In this document: piece by piece, positions 13,365 through 27,900 of the stretch
Numbering within the stretch: position 1 is the first letter of the stretch
Layout: each line of letters opens with the position of its first letter
Source of the DNA: Antedon mediterranea
Lineage: Eukaryota > Animalia > Echinodermata
Reading direction: 5' to 3'
Length of the DNA stretch: 64,000 nucleotides
Assembly: GCF_964355755.1 (NCBI RefSeq)
Contig: NC_092680.1
Location: 18,795,045 to 18,859,044, forward strand
Notes under the pieces: generated by a model
The model's input: the letters and a program-made list of their open reading frames with translations, nothing else
The model's database searches: none
Told to the model about the DNA's origin: nothing
Program-made: the position numbers and the translations under genes

Positions 13365-15938
13365 GATTCCTTTTTACTGCGTGGTATTGTTGTGAGATCT
13401 ACCACCCGACATGTGACAAACTTTGCTTAAAAGTCAATCCAGAATCCAAGGTTTGATTCCTTTTTACTGCGTGGTATTGTTGTGAGATCTACCACCCGAC
13501 ATGTGACAAACTTTGCTTAAAAGTCAATCCAGAATCCAAGGTTTGATTCTTCTTTACTGCATGGCATTGTTGTGAGATCCACTACCTGACATGTTACAAA
13601 CTTTGCTTAAAAGTCAATCCAGAATCCAAGGTTTGATTCTTCTTTACTGCGTGGCATTGTTGTGAGATCTACTACCCGACATGTCACAAACTTTGCTTAA
13701 AAGTCAATCCAGAATCCAAGGTTTGATTCTTCTTTACTGCATGGCATTGTTGTGAGATCCACTACCTGACATATCACAAACTTTGCTTAAAAGTCAATCC
13801 AGAATCCAACGTTTGATTCTTCTTTACTGCGTGGCATTGTTGTGAGATCTACCACCCGACATGTCACAAACTTTGCTTAAAAGTCAATCCAGAATCCAAG
13901 GTTTGATTCTTCTTTACTGCGTGGCATTGTTGTGAGATCTACTACCTGACATGTCACAAACTTTGCTTAAAAGTCAATCCAGAATCTAAGGTTTGATTCC
14001 TCTTTACTGTGTGGCATTGATGTGAGATCCACTACCTGACATGTGACAAACTTTGCTTAAAAGTCAATCCGGAATCCAAGGTTGGATTGTTCTTTACTGC
14101 GTGGCATTGTTGTGAGATCTACTACCTGACATGTCACAAACTTTGCTTAAAAGTCAATCCAGAATCTAAGGTTTGATTCCTCTCTACTGCGCGGTATTGT
14201 TGTGAGATCTACTACCTGACATGTGACAAACGTTGCTTAAAAGTCAATCCAGAATCCAAGGTTTGATTCTTCTTTACTGCATGGCATTATTGTGAGATCT
14301 ACCACCCGACATGTCACAAACTTTGCTTAAAAGTCAGTCCAGAATCCAAGGTTGGATTCTTCTTTACTGCATGGCATTGTTGTGAGATCTACTACCTGAC
14401 ATGTCACAAACTTTGCTTAAAAGTCAATCCAGAATCCAAGGTTTGATTCTTCTTTACTGCGTGGCATTGTTGTGAGATCTACTACCTGACATGTCACAAA
14501 CTTTGCTTAAAAGTCAATCCAGAATCCAAGGTTTGATTCTTCTTTACTGCGTGGCATTGTTGTGAGATCTACTACCTGACATGTCACAAACTTTGCTTAA
14601 AAGTCAATCCAGAATCTAAGGTTTGATTCCTCTTTACTGTGTGGCATTGATGTGAGATCCACTACCTGACATGTGACAAACTTCGCTTAAAAGTCAATCC
14701 GGAATCCAAGGTTGGATTGTTCTTTACTGCGTGGCATTGTTGTGAGATCTACTACCTGACATGTCACAAACTTTGCTTAAAAGTCAATCCAGAATCTAAG
14801 GTTTGATTCCTCTCTACTGCGTGGCATTGTTGTGAGATCTACTACCTGACATGTGACAAACTTTGCTTAAAAGTCAATCCAGAATCCAAGGTTTGATTCT
14901 TCTTTACTGCGTGGCATTGTTGTGAGATCTACTACCCGACATGTCACAAACTTTGCTTAAAAGTCAGTCCAGAATCCAAGGTTGGATTCTTCTTTACTGC
15001 GTGGCATTGTTGTGAGATCTACTACCTGACATGTGACAAACTTTGCTTAAAAGTCAATCCAGAATCCAAGGTTGGATTCTTCTTTACTGCATGGCATTGT
15101 TGTGAGATCCACTACCTGACATGTGACAAACTTTGCTTAAAAGTCAATCCAGAATCCAAGGTTTGATTCCTCTTTACTGCATGGCATTGTTGTGAGATCT
15201 ACTACCTGACATGTGACAAACTTTGCTTAAAAGTCAATCCAGAATCCAAGGTTGGATTCTTCTTTACTGCGTGGCATTGTTGTGAGATCCACTACCTGAC
15301 ATGTGACAAACTTTGCTTAAAAGTCAATCCAGAATCCAAGGTTTGATTCCTCTTTACTGCGTGGCATTGTTGTGAGATCTACTACTTGACATGTTACAAA
15401 CTTTGCTTAAAAGTCAATCCAGAATCCAAGGTTTGATTCCTCTTTACTGCGTGGTATTGTTGTGAGATCCACTACCTGACATGTTACAAACTTTGCTTAA
15501 AAGTCAATCCAGAATCCAAGGTTTGATTCCTCTTTACTGCATGGTATTGTTGTGAGATCCACTACCTGACATGTCACAAACTTTGCTTAAAAGTCAATCC
15601 AGAATCCAAGGTTTGATTCCTCTTTACTGCGTGGTATTGTTGTGAGATCCACTACCTGACATGTTACAAACTTTGCTTAAAAGTCAATCCAGAATCCAAG
15701 GTTTGATTCCTCTTTACTGCGTGGCATTGTTGTGAGATCCACTACCTGACATGTTACAAACTTTGCTTAAAAGTCAATCCAGAATCCAAGGTTTGATTCT
15801 TCTTTACTGTGTGGCATTGTTGTGAGATCCACTACCTGACAGGTCACAAACTTTGTTTAAAAGTCAATCCAGAATCCAAGGTTTGATTCCTCTTTACTGC
15901 GTGGCATTGTTGTGAGATCCACTACCTGACATGTGACA
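13365..15938 (-). repeat. 90-bp tandem array (~28.5 units) overlapping the predicted AGBL5 C-terminal coding segment and stop codon
   Basis: Unit AGAATCCAAGGTTTGATTCCTCTTTACTGCGTGGCATTGTTGTGAGATCCACTACCTGACATGTCACAAACTTTGCTTAAAAGTCAATCC. One minus-strand frame reads [29 protein letters not shown] per unit. Confidence 0.95.
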
Positions 15939-18900
15939 GCTTCACAAGCTTTCTGAAAGTAACCAAGCAATAAATAATGTTTTTTTTCATCTGACCTAAA
16001 AATGAAATAACTAATAGAATCGAGAAAACTAATGGAATCAGGGAAAATAACAATAGAAGCAGTAGTCCAGTGTTAATAACTCTCTGACATCTCAAATAAT
16101 ATTATCTTGTTTTAGTTGAAGAATTGTAACTGGAGTCCCTACTTTAGGACACCCCAGAAAAAACCCTTATTAAGAAGAAACTTGGTGAAGTCCCATATAT
16201 GCATTGGCTCTGTTTTGTACGCCTTGAGAAAAATCTGTGACAGAAGCCAGGATTTGAACAAATGACTCTAGGATTGTTAAACAAGCATGTTAAGCACCAA
16301 GCTACAGTACCATTAACACCAAGTTAGAATGGCACCATGTATGGGTTGCATAACCGCCATCTTAATAAACTAACCTCATTAAATGAATGGGTTTTGTGAA
16401 TATGCCCTAATTGAAGCTTCCTGATATTGGTTCCTTTGGTTGAAGCTCCGATGCTCCTCCTACATAAAACACAAAATAAAAAAATTATTTATAATACAGC
16501 TCAACCCTATTCGAATTTGTTTGACACTTAGCAAGATAGATTAATAGAAAGATAAAACTTCCTACTTAGATAAAGCTGTTGGCAGTGAGAAATACAGTAA
16601 CTAACATTTTTTTTTATTTAAGAAGAAGATATATGTTTGCTTGACATATAACATATCACAGCCCTACTACTCGCTATCATACTGTACTTAGACTTTTCTT
16701 TTATATTCCTTTGATTTTGTCCATACATAATATGACAAGCCATATGTGCCAAAATGTTTTTACCATATTAAGCCAAAATACTGTCTAGTAGCTAGACTAT
16801 ATATCATTACACTGTAGTATTCATTTCTTAATTATAAGATACATATTATGACTGGATATCATCTTTATTTTCACCAAGGCCAGAAGGCATGTTCTAAATA
16901 CCAAACACATCATCACAATAGTTTCATTCAGATACAGTAGTTACAAATATTTACACTGCACAAATCAGAAAGAATCGTAAAACATTGCTCTCCCACGATA
17001 TTTAGATTATAATTGTTTGAGTAAATGTATTGTATCACCAATGTTGCCTCATCACCTCTAGGGAAATAATAATAGACAGTTGAATGAACCTTATAAGGAA
17101 CCCAAAACCAGTGCATTTATCTATTTAGTCAGCGCTTCAAAACTCTTGTTTTTGTGCTTCATAAATTCAAAGATACCTGCTTTAGGCCAGGTTTGTATAA
17201 TGTAGTTTCAAACTTTTTCCGGTTATTTTGATACCTCATTGATACCTCAGATTTGTATGACCAACAGACTCACAAACTATCTCTCTCTTTTAATATAGAT
17301 AACCATAATAACAATTATTACTGTATTTTTCTGGTATACAAGCCAGGGTGTGACACTGCCGATTATCACCTTTGATACAAAGCACAAAACTGAATATTGA
17401 AAACCAGACACTATGAGTTCAAAACCAAATACTCAAAAGACAAAAATAAGAGCCTAATATATTTCCTACTCTTTAAAATGCACCCACATTTTTGAAGAGT
17501 TTGATTGTATGTGATTTGTTTATTATATTCTTAAAGCTCTGTCTACACTGATGATAACTATCAAACTTTATGTGACAAATAAATGTGATGTGCCCATATA
17601 TGGATATTATGATGTCATATCACTACCATATATGGGCACATCACATTTTTGTGGTCAAACTAGTTTGATAGTGTAGACAGAGCTTAAGAGCTGAATTTAC
17701 ATACAAGAAATACGGCTACATTTAATATCAAATAGGATTTTGATTTAAATTCTATATTATTGTTCTGTGATTAATTACCTTTAGCTACACAGCCCTATTG
17801 TATGCTATGAATTAAACACTGTTCTTTTCATCCCATAAATTAAACCTTACAAAGCTTGCACTAGGAGAGGATTTTATATTTAATGAATTTTAAAGGCATG
17901 ATTTTCTATTTTAATATAACAAAAACAACATTAGTGGATTAACCATAATTATTAATACTATATTATAATTGAAAATATCAGTTAAGTTTGTAATAGAAGA
18001 TATATATTTATATAATAAATGCTTTCCGTATTAGGTTGTTAGTTTTGTAATACATTTCTAGCTTTAGTTTGTGATATTAATAATTATTATTCAATGCATT
18101 TATTGTCAAGAAATAATAATATAATGTTATATTAGTCAGATGTTTGCCCTAACATAATTTTACTGAAAAACAAGGTACACAAGAGTTTGGCAAATTTAAT
18201 GTAATACTAGTCCGCAGAAGTAAACAATTATCATCAATATGATGTTATATACATATTTATATGTTGTATTTATATTGCAACCAAGCAACCAACATTATAA
18301 TACATATACCATGGAGCTATGCATACATTAAACATTTTACCACATGAAGTAGTTCAGAAAACGAGAAAAACAGTAAAATATTTTGTCTCAAGTCCTGACA
18401 ACCAGAGCCATATACATAGTCATAAAGATAGCTTCTCAAAGTTTCTTATAGCATCATGCAAGAGCTATTAGGGAGCTTATGAATAATTTGCGAAGACCTA
18501 ATACGTACGCATACTGTGTCTTGGACCCTAACATCCACCAAAACTGTGTCAAGGAAAATGAAACTAGTTCCTCGGTTGTCACAAATTAAAAGCTCCCTAA
18601 TTTATGTTAGCAGAGTACACTTTTTGGATATCATAAATAATTCAAGTTTAAGAGTAAAACATTTTTGACAGTGCCATATATACTTGAAATGAAATTGAGT
18701 GCAAAAACAGGGATAGGCCAGTTAACATAAAATTTAACTGAGAATGTTATAATTTTGTGTTAAGTTAAATGTAAAATTAATTGTTAAAATTCTATTGGGT
18801 AAGTAACGTTGATAAATAAGGTGTCAAAGAGTATATCAAAAATAATATTTGAAAGAAGCAATTTAAATTAATCCTTTTACACTGCCAAGCTGAAAACATG

Positions 18901-21900
18901 TGTAACTCATTTTTTTTCACGTGTCAGAGAATGGCATGGCAACTTGCATAGATTTTCTTTCAATATTTGAAATACTGCGTCTCATACATTGACAGAGATC
19001 TCTAGTGCTGTTACTATAATTTATTTTAATGTTGCTAAACAAGTTTTAATATAATGATAATCTCACCAGGTATTTCAGTTACCTGGGTAATTATAGGCAA
19101 TTCTGCATTTATACAAAGTGGTACATGACTCGAGTTACTCAATCACTGGCAGTGTAAAAGGGGTATTTAAGTAAGCATGATATATGCATTGTACAATAGA
19201 TTTTAAATGCCTGTTCAGTTACTTTACTTGCCATACAAGCCATAGTCTGGCTGTTGATGTGACAATCGTAAAACTGGAAGTGTTGGCTCTTCTCTGTTAA
19301 AGGGTCTATGTATTAACAAATTTGATTTGTTAACAATTTTCTTTATACCAAAACTTTTGAATGCATATAACCTACCAGTAAGCACTGGGGCGTTCATGTT
19401 TGTTTAAGTTCAACTTCAATAAACTATGGTGGATTGAAAATTATTTCTTGATATCAATATCGAACTAATGATCTGTTAATTTATAGTAGTTAAGACTAAT
19501 GTTTATTCATGCTATGTTAATTATTAAAAATTTAATGATATTCATCCATCCCATCATGCTTTAGCAACAAACAACTACAAAATAGCTGTTTTCATGGTAT
19601 TTATTTTATACTGTACCAGTGCCGAGGAATTTAGAACTCTCAGATAATTTCTGATCTTATCCAATCTTAAGAAAATGTACAAAGCAAGAAGAAAAACTTG
19701 AGAATGAAATAATGAGCAGGAAGTTTGAAGGAAGTGATGATGACGATGACGATATAATGATACGATGATGATATAATGGGAGGATGATGATATAATGGTA
19801 CGATGATGATATAATGATATGATGATGATATAATGATACGATGATATAATGATATGATGATGATATAATGATACGATGATGATATAATGGTACGATGATA
19901 TAATGATATGATGATGATATAATGATACGATGATAATATAATGATATGATAATATAATGGTACGATGATATAATGATATGATGATGATATATGATATGAT
20001 GATATAATGATACGATGATGATATGATGATATAATGGTACGATGATATAATGATATGATATAATGAGAGGATGATGATATAATGATACGATGATATAATG
20101 GTACGATGATATAATGATATGATGATATGATATGCTGTTGATATAATGATACAATGATGATGATATGATACGATGATGATATGATGACGATATGATACAA
20201 TGATATGATACAATGATGACATGATACGATGATGATATAGTGATATGATGATATAGTGATATGATGATATAATGATACGATGATGATGATATAATGATAT
20301 GATATAATGATACGATGATTATAATAATGATACGATGATGATATAATGATATGACGATGATATAATGAAAATAAGGTAAGAATAATAACAAAGATAATTT
20401 GATGGCGATGATGATAATAATGAGGATGATGATGACAATGATAAAAATAATATGAAAATAATTAGATAATGGTGATAATGATGATATGATATTGATGTTG
20501 ATGACAAGTTATCATGTAGATTATGATGATAACAGGTTTATAATAATTTATAATAAAGAAGTCTAAAATAAAATTAATAATGACTTAATAAGCTTAAATA
20601 GTACGTGAAATACACACAAGTAAATTGAGGTAAACAAATAAATTGAGGTAAACAAATAAGATGTAATTCAGTTTTTTAAATATTAAACCTACCTTCTTGG
20701 TACTTTCTTGCCAGATTTTGATCCAATCTTTGAATACATTTTGGAACCTGAAAATGGTAGTGGCAAATTAGATTGCATGCATTAATAAAATAACATAATG
20801 ATAATATTTGATATAAAAATGATATCTATTGAATTAATTCATTATCAATATCAATCAATTCATTCACTAATATATTCATTCAACATTCATTTTTTTAGTT
20901 GTTTAATCCGTAGATGCAAGTTTAATACAAGTCAGATTAGGGTTAACAAAGTAGTTGTTCATTCTATGAATTTAATCTTTATGCATAATTTTATTTAATC
21001 AGTGATCTTTGGCATGATAAAAATAAAATACTATGTCACTTTAGATGGTACATACACAACAGGCATATTCAATGTATTCAGAAGATCTTGATCTGTTAAT
21101 GACAATTATTATGTTTAAACATGTACTGTCAACTTTCAACAACAAAAAAGGTTGAAAGAATAAGTTTTGAATATGACTAAGTCACTCTAAAATGTCTTTC
21201 CTTTATAAAAATGGAAAATGTAACCATATTTCTTATCTCTAAGGGACAATTTACACAGACAAGCGGTAACGGTAATAGAGATATAGCATTTATGTTATTC
21301 CTTTATGATCATTTCCACACAACGCAGTGCGGACGGGCTGTTTCTGTCCAGGATAGATACAGATTCTATGTGGGATTAGTTACACGGTTTTCCGCTTACT
21401 GTTATCGCTTGTCTGTGTAAATTGGCCTTAAGTAGTAGTTTGTATTTTTAATTATCCCCTTTTCACATTGCCTAGCAAACTCAATGGTGCACACCACACA
21501 AAACACAGGTGTATATGTAAACTTTGCTACGCAATGTAGAAAAGATTAAATACAAAATTGACACTTACTTATGGATGGAGTTGGATCAGAGAAGCTGTCC
21601 GTCTGTCCATATGATTTAACTCGTCTTCGTCCAACTTGCTTCTTTTCAGTTTCACTGTCTGTTTCTTCGCTAACGCCTCTTTGTATGTTCAGTTTATGGG
21701 TTGGGCTCAATGAAGCTGATCTCTTTTTCAAAATGACTGATTTTTTTGTTCGTCGTTTTGGTGGATCAGTCCTAAGATAATTTGAAAAGAAAGTTATTAC
21801 TGATTGAACAGGGAAAGTTAATAAAGCTCTGTCTATACTATAAAACTAGTTGTGATTTGTCCAAATATTGTGGTGATATGCCCAAATATGGTAGTGATAT

Positions 21901-24900
21901 GACATCATCATGTCCATATATGGGCACATCACATTTTCTTGTCACATAAATATTTGATAGTGTAGACAGAGCTTAATACATTTATAAAACAATACTCTTT
22001 TCTCACTCTATTCTCTTATATATAATGAAAAAAAGCTTTACTCACAGATTAAAAATAATTAATTAAAACACAATTTTTTATCTGCCCTGTATTTTTCAAA
22101 TACCATTAAATCTTGGTTCCCACTTGCACACAATGCAACGTCGGCACAACGCTAGTGAGTTCACCAATCACAAGTGACATTTGTTATATTGTGATTGTTC
22201 AAATTAATTCTGTTGAACTTATATCCTTGGTTTACATCCAAGTGGGAACCACAAGTTAAAGTAAATCAATACATTCTTCATCATTATTGTAAACATTATT
22301 CACTAAATATATTTAAATCTTGAAAAGGAACTTAAGCTCTGTTTACACTATCAAACTAGTTTGACAAAAAAAGAGTGATGTTCCCAAATATGGTAGTAAT
22401 ATGCCTAAATATGGTAGTGATTTACTGGTTTGATAGTGTAGACAGAGCTTTAGGAATATCATACATACCTGGGATGATCTAGATTTGTGTAACTCTTACA
22501 GTTCGATGGTGTAAACAAAGGCTTCTGAACTTGAGGTATTCGCAAACCAGGAGACTGAAACATTAAGTTTAGATTAATTATTTAAAGCTATTTTGTTATA
22601 TACAAACAGACACAATAAAAACAAACAGCAAAATGTAGCACAAAACATTGTCAGCTTTAAACACGAATCTAATACAGTAGGTACACCTCTATTAAGATGA
22701 AACTTTCCCACAGAACGAGAAGCAATGTATGTTTTAACACTACGGCCAACCCCTATTCTTGGGACACCCCTATTAAAGAATTTCAAGTGTGCCAAATAGT
22801 TGATTCAATCCCTATTAAGAGGACAATATTTTTTTTCCATCACAAAAATAATTATTATTACTATAATATCTTAATTAATTAAAAAATTTATATCATAAGA
22901 ATTGTGATAATTTCTGTGGTTTGACGGTATTCAGGGATTATTCTAGGGGTACACCTATTCAGGGGACACGCTATAAAAGGAAAATTTAATGGATGGCAAA
23001 GTTGTCCCTTTAATAGGAGTTCTACTGTAAAATACTAATGAAAATGTTATGTAAAAAAAGAATGTTTACTGTACGATGATGTAATCAACATTGTCAATAA
23101 AAAGTAGAGCTATATTAAATGTTATCAGGTATCAATGGAAATGAAAAAGAAAAAATACATTATATCTCACAAAACTATGCACAAGAACAGAGTGATACAG
23201 TTTTATTATTCTGAGTATGACAATATAAGCTCAATGCTTTGCTGATTAACTACACAGTGTTTGTGCTGCTAGGCAAGGATTTTTAAAATGTTTATATGCA
23301 TGCATATTTATATTTCTTCCAAATCCCTTTCTGCGACAAATTCTACTTCCTTTAGGTTTTTTCCTTAAGGGTGTAGCGCCTTATTAGGGAGCTTTAAATT
23401 TTCAACGACCGACCTAGGTCAGGTCAAACGATGGGTCATCAGCTGGACCTAGAAACCATCAAACCTGTGTTAAGGTAAGGAGCGAGAAAACATGTTTCAA
23501 CATTCCTTCATATGCACAATGAACTAATATGAAACACTTTGGTCATCGTAAATTAAAAGCTCCCTCTCTTCGCACAAATATGTTTTCTGAGTGAAAAACA
23601 GGTTTTAACACAATGTACATTTAGTCTATGATGACATACTCCATGGCTGAAAATAAATTACCTGGAATTCTATCATCTGAAGAAGGCAGCAGAAAATAAT
23701 AATTAAAACAGTAAAATTTGAAAGAATAGATTCTATAAAACTTAAATTCTTTCTATAATCTTAAACATAAACATTAATCAACTTTTTTTTCAACACTTTA
23801 TAGTTAGGAAAACAAACATTTTAACTGCACAGAATAAACAATGAAAAAGTATTTTAAAAATTCTAAAGTGTAAGGTATGTGATTGTGTACATCTAAACTA
23901 CTTAACTTAAGTAGTTTAAATATTTATTGAAAATAGATAAATTTATATAGAGAACTTCCGTTCTATGGTGTCAATTTTAAATAAAAGAATAAGAATAAGA
24001 GCTAGTAAATGTTTATTGGTAAACAGAGTAAATTAGTTTACAGTAGCTAGGTAGGGCTATTACAAACACATACTGTACTGATATAAGACTAGAGAATAAT
24101 ATAAGGGTGTACATTTACTATTGATGAAGTAACCACATAATAGGCGATTTCAGACAATGTGGTCTTTGATAATATAGTAGATTCGAAAATGTATGTTACG
24201 CCACCAAAGGCTGTAAGTAAACATGGGATCCATAAAACTAGATATATAATAGCTAAGGCATGTTTTGTTTACCATACTTAGGCATAGGAACATACAGTTT
24301 TAAAGAAAAAAAATGCATAGAAAAACATATATGTATTTCAGGTAATAAGGCATGTTTTGTTTACCATACTTAGGCATAGGAACATACAGTTTAAAAGAAT
24401 GAAAAATGCACAGAAAAAACATATTATGTATTTCAGGTAATAAGGCATGTTTTGTTACCATACTTAGGCATAGAAACATACAGTTTTAAAGAGAAAAAAA
24501 TGCATAGAAAAAACATATGTATTTCAGGTAATAAGGCATGTTTTGTTTACCATACTTAGGCATAGGAACATACAGTTTTAAAGAATGAAAAATGCACAGA
24601 AAAAACATATTATGTATTTCAGGGTACATACATACAATTTAGGTCTTACTGTATAATTAATGTATGTGAAACTAAAATGTAGTATTGTGTTATACACTCC
24701 ATTGAATTCAATGCCAGGCACTGTGGTCAATAATAGTTTAAAAAGTACTATAGTTAATTTTTTCTTCCAAAAAACCTGACAATCAAAAAAATTATGCAGC
24801 ATAAAATTATCTTTCAAATGTTCCAATATTTTCCTTTAAAATGCGTTTTGAAACCAGATATTTTTCACCAGCCTAAGGGTGTTCCGTTTTGAAATAATTG

Positions 24901-27900
24901 ACTGCACTTTGTTTATTTAGTAATACACTGTGGGTAAACCAGACAGTACACAAATGATTCTATAAACTTATTATGTACAAACATAATACACAGAGGTGTG
25001 TATCGTGTATTTTAAAGTAACCTAGCAGGAGGTCTCAAGGCTCTATTGAATTCAATATATTAGACAGTATGGCCTAAGTTGTTTTAATTTATAAAAAAGT
25101 TTATTTGTTTATTTTGTGATGTCGGTAAAAACACAAATGATTTCCCAAATTTACACTGTATTTGCATAAGACCTGTTATAAGAAACCCCATAGGGCACAC
25201 TTTATATTGAATTAATGTTTAAGTTAAAAAGTAAGTTAACCTTGTCTATGAGTAACAAAGAGTGCAAAGCAAAAGGTCCTCTTTTTCAGATAACATATTG
25301 CTATTGTGCAGATGATCTGCCTTTATTGACACAAGAACCAGTTTGCACAAGTATATTTAGAATCGCAGAATACTAACCGTACTATTTGATGGTTGCATTC
25401 AATTTAAACCATTACACTATGCACAAACTTAAATGAGCTTTTATTTAATTACATTGATAGACTGTGCAGCTATCGAGTTACAAAGTCATTCTGTGCACTC
25501 TCAGAAACATTTCATCATGCACTGGAATGACAGTTGATGACTCTATAGCTGCATTAGTCTAGTGGCGCTTCGTGAGAGGTCTAATACCACTATTATTAAC
25601 CATATGTGAATCCAAACCTTGTGTGTACAATGATTATATTTGTTTATAATAATATGCGCAGACGTTTGTGCCTCCTCTGTTATTAAGGATTATTTCTTAT
25701 TTGTCATTGATACAAAAACATATCAAGAACAAATACTATTCCCTTTACTAACCAATTAAAAGAAATTGTTACCGAGAAATATATAAATAAAAATGAATTA
25801 TTAATGAGGTGCCAAGCTTAACTTACCGTTGTCGAGAGCTGCATAGGCACTCGGCCGACTGGTTCGTTCCTGTCAGCAATTTGTGGCATCGTACTTGTGT
25901 TAGGTGGTGAAAAGCACTGATTGAGTGATGTGTAAGGATAAGACACACATGGAATTGATTAGTGAAAAATGAGAAAAAAATGACTAAAGCAAAAACTTAA
26001 GCCACAATCGCACCGGGCTTGTTTTAGTAAAAATCGTAACACTCGTGAGAGGGTGTGTGGTGCAGTGTGTTGGACATTGGATTATTGATCGTACTTGATT
26101 GTATCCTTAGGCAAGACACTTTACTTACATTGGCCTCTCTCCACCCTGCTGTATAAAATGGGTACCTGGTTAGATCAAGACACAACTTTGCGCGGATTAC
26201 AAGCTGAATTATGGGAGTATGCTTCCATACGTGTTTGATCCAAAAAATGTAAATGCTACGTAAAGCACCTTTGAGCATGATTATTCATAAAAAGGGCACT
26301 ACATAAATGTGGTAATTAATATTATTATTAACAAGACCCCACAAAGGGAAGTCATACCATTGTCAATACACACTTTCTTGGCTTGGTGAGATTTTCCAGT
26401 CATGGTAAGACTTTCAAACCGTAAAAACAAAAAGCACTCGATAAGTTCCATCGAGTGTTAGCATTGGTACTGGATATTTTGGCCACACAATTTTAAGTAG
26501 GCAAGCAGGACTCAGCGAAACTTATTGTGCTGCTCAGTAAATCAGGGAAAGTTACAGGGCTGTTCGCATGGTAATTATCGTAAAACTATGAGGTTGGTAA
26601 GTATTACCAAACAAAGTCCAGTGCAGTTATGGCTTTAGGAAGGCAAGGAATGAAAGAATGTCAGACAACAGAAAGGTACTATTGTTAAGGTGTACAAAAT
26701 TCTCCACATCAATTCTCCATATCTTTCAGAATAGAGAATGTGGTGCCACTGTGCATTGGTCATCAAAGCAATTATCGTATAAACTGATGAGTGTGCTGAT
26801 GGTATGACCTGCAGTGACCTTTACGAGCATGAGCAACGTTTATGCTCACTAAGCACTGGGATATGGATATTTGATGTACAAAGCTATTATATCATAATAC
26901 AGATTTCTCTTCATTTCAACTGCATTTTATTAGGCTCTGTTTACACAATCAAACTAGTTTGACAAAAAATGTGTGATGTGTCCAAATATGGTAGTGATAT
27001 GATAGTAATATGACATCCTCGTGTCCATATATGGGCACATCACATGTTTGTTGCCACATATAGTTTGATAGTGTAGACAGAGCTTTAGAGAGTTATTCAA
27101 AGCACCACAGGGTGAATGACATATGCATACATTAGACAAATTGATAGAATTCATATATTTTAATGTGGATGTTTCCAACAAGTAGTGCAGAAGTTTATAA
27201 TAAAGAAACATAACAGAGATCTGTATTATAATACCTGAAAAGGTTAGTATTTAAAAAAATCTAATAGTAGTTACCAAATTTGGCTGTTTAAACGCTAAAC
27301 TTCCCAAGTTATCAAGTGGTTTTCCTTCTGCATTCAATATGTTATTAGAATTTAGCGCTCCAACAGCCAGATGATCTGATTGACTACTGTTGCAGTTGTT
27401 TAATTGGTTGGAAGTTTCAGTTACGTTGTTGTCAGATAAGCTGCTAGTGGTGATTGTATTTGTCTTCTTTTTTCGATCTAACATCAAACGATAATCTAAA
27501 TTATATGAAAAATAAATAATATATGATGAAAAATATGAAAACAACTTATAATAATTAATAAACAATGATAAAAAGTATCATGATAATTATGGTAATTGGG
27601 AAAGATCTACATTTTTTTTAATATTGAAATAAAAACATGGTACAATTTATTTGTTACTTTAGAATTAAAATTCTGTTTTGTTAATTAAAATAAGTGCAAA
27701 AATATACATATATATCATTCTCCAAAACTTATTTCTCTTTGGATCAACAAAAAAGAATATTATTTGTAAATTAATTATTTGAAACTAAATGAAATTATTT
27801 TTCAAGATTCTATTTTTTGTTATGTTCTTTTTTATCATAATACCTCTAACTGGAGCTAAAGTTCTCAGGTTGCCAGTTTTCTTCAGATTGTTAGAATTAG

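Noticed and set aside
19575-20507. Long His/Ile/Ser/Tyr ORFs (177-244 aa) on the minus strand
   Set aside because: Open in several frames because the complement of a TGA/TGATA microsatellite lacks stops; intronic and without splice support.
26358-26810. Possible additional AGBL5 exon(s)
   Set aside because: The frames I tested contain stops, and the neighbouring exons already join in phase without it.
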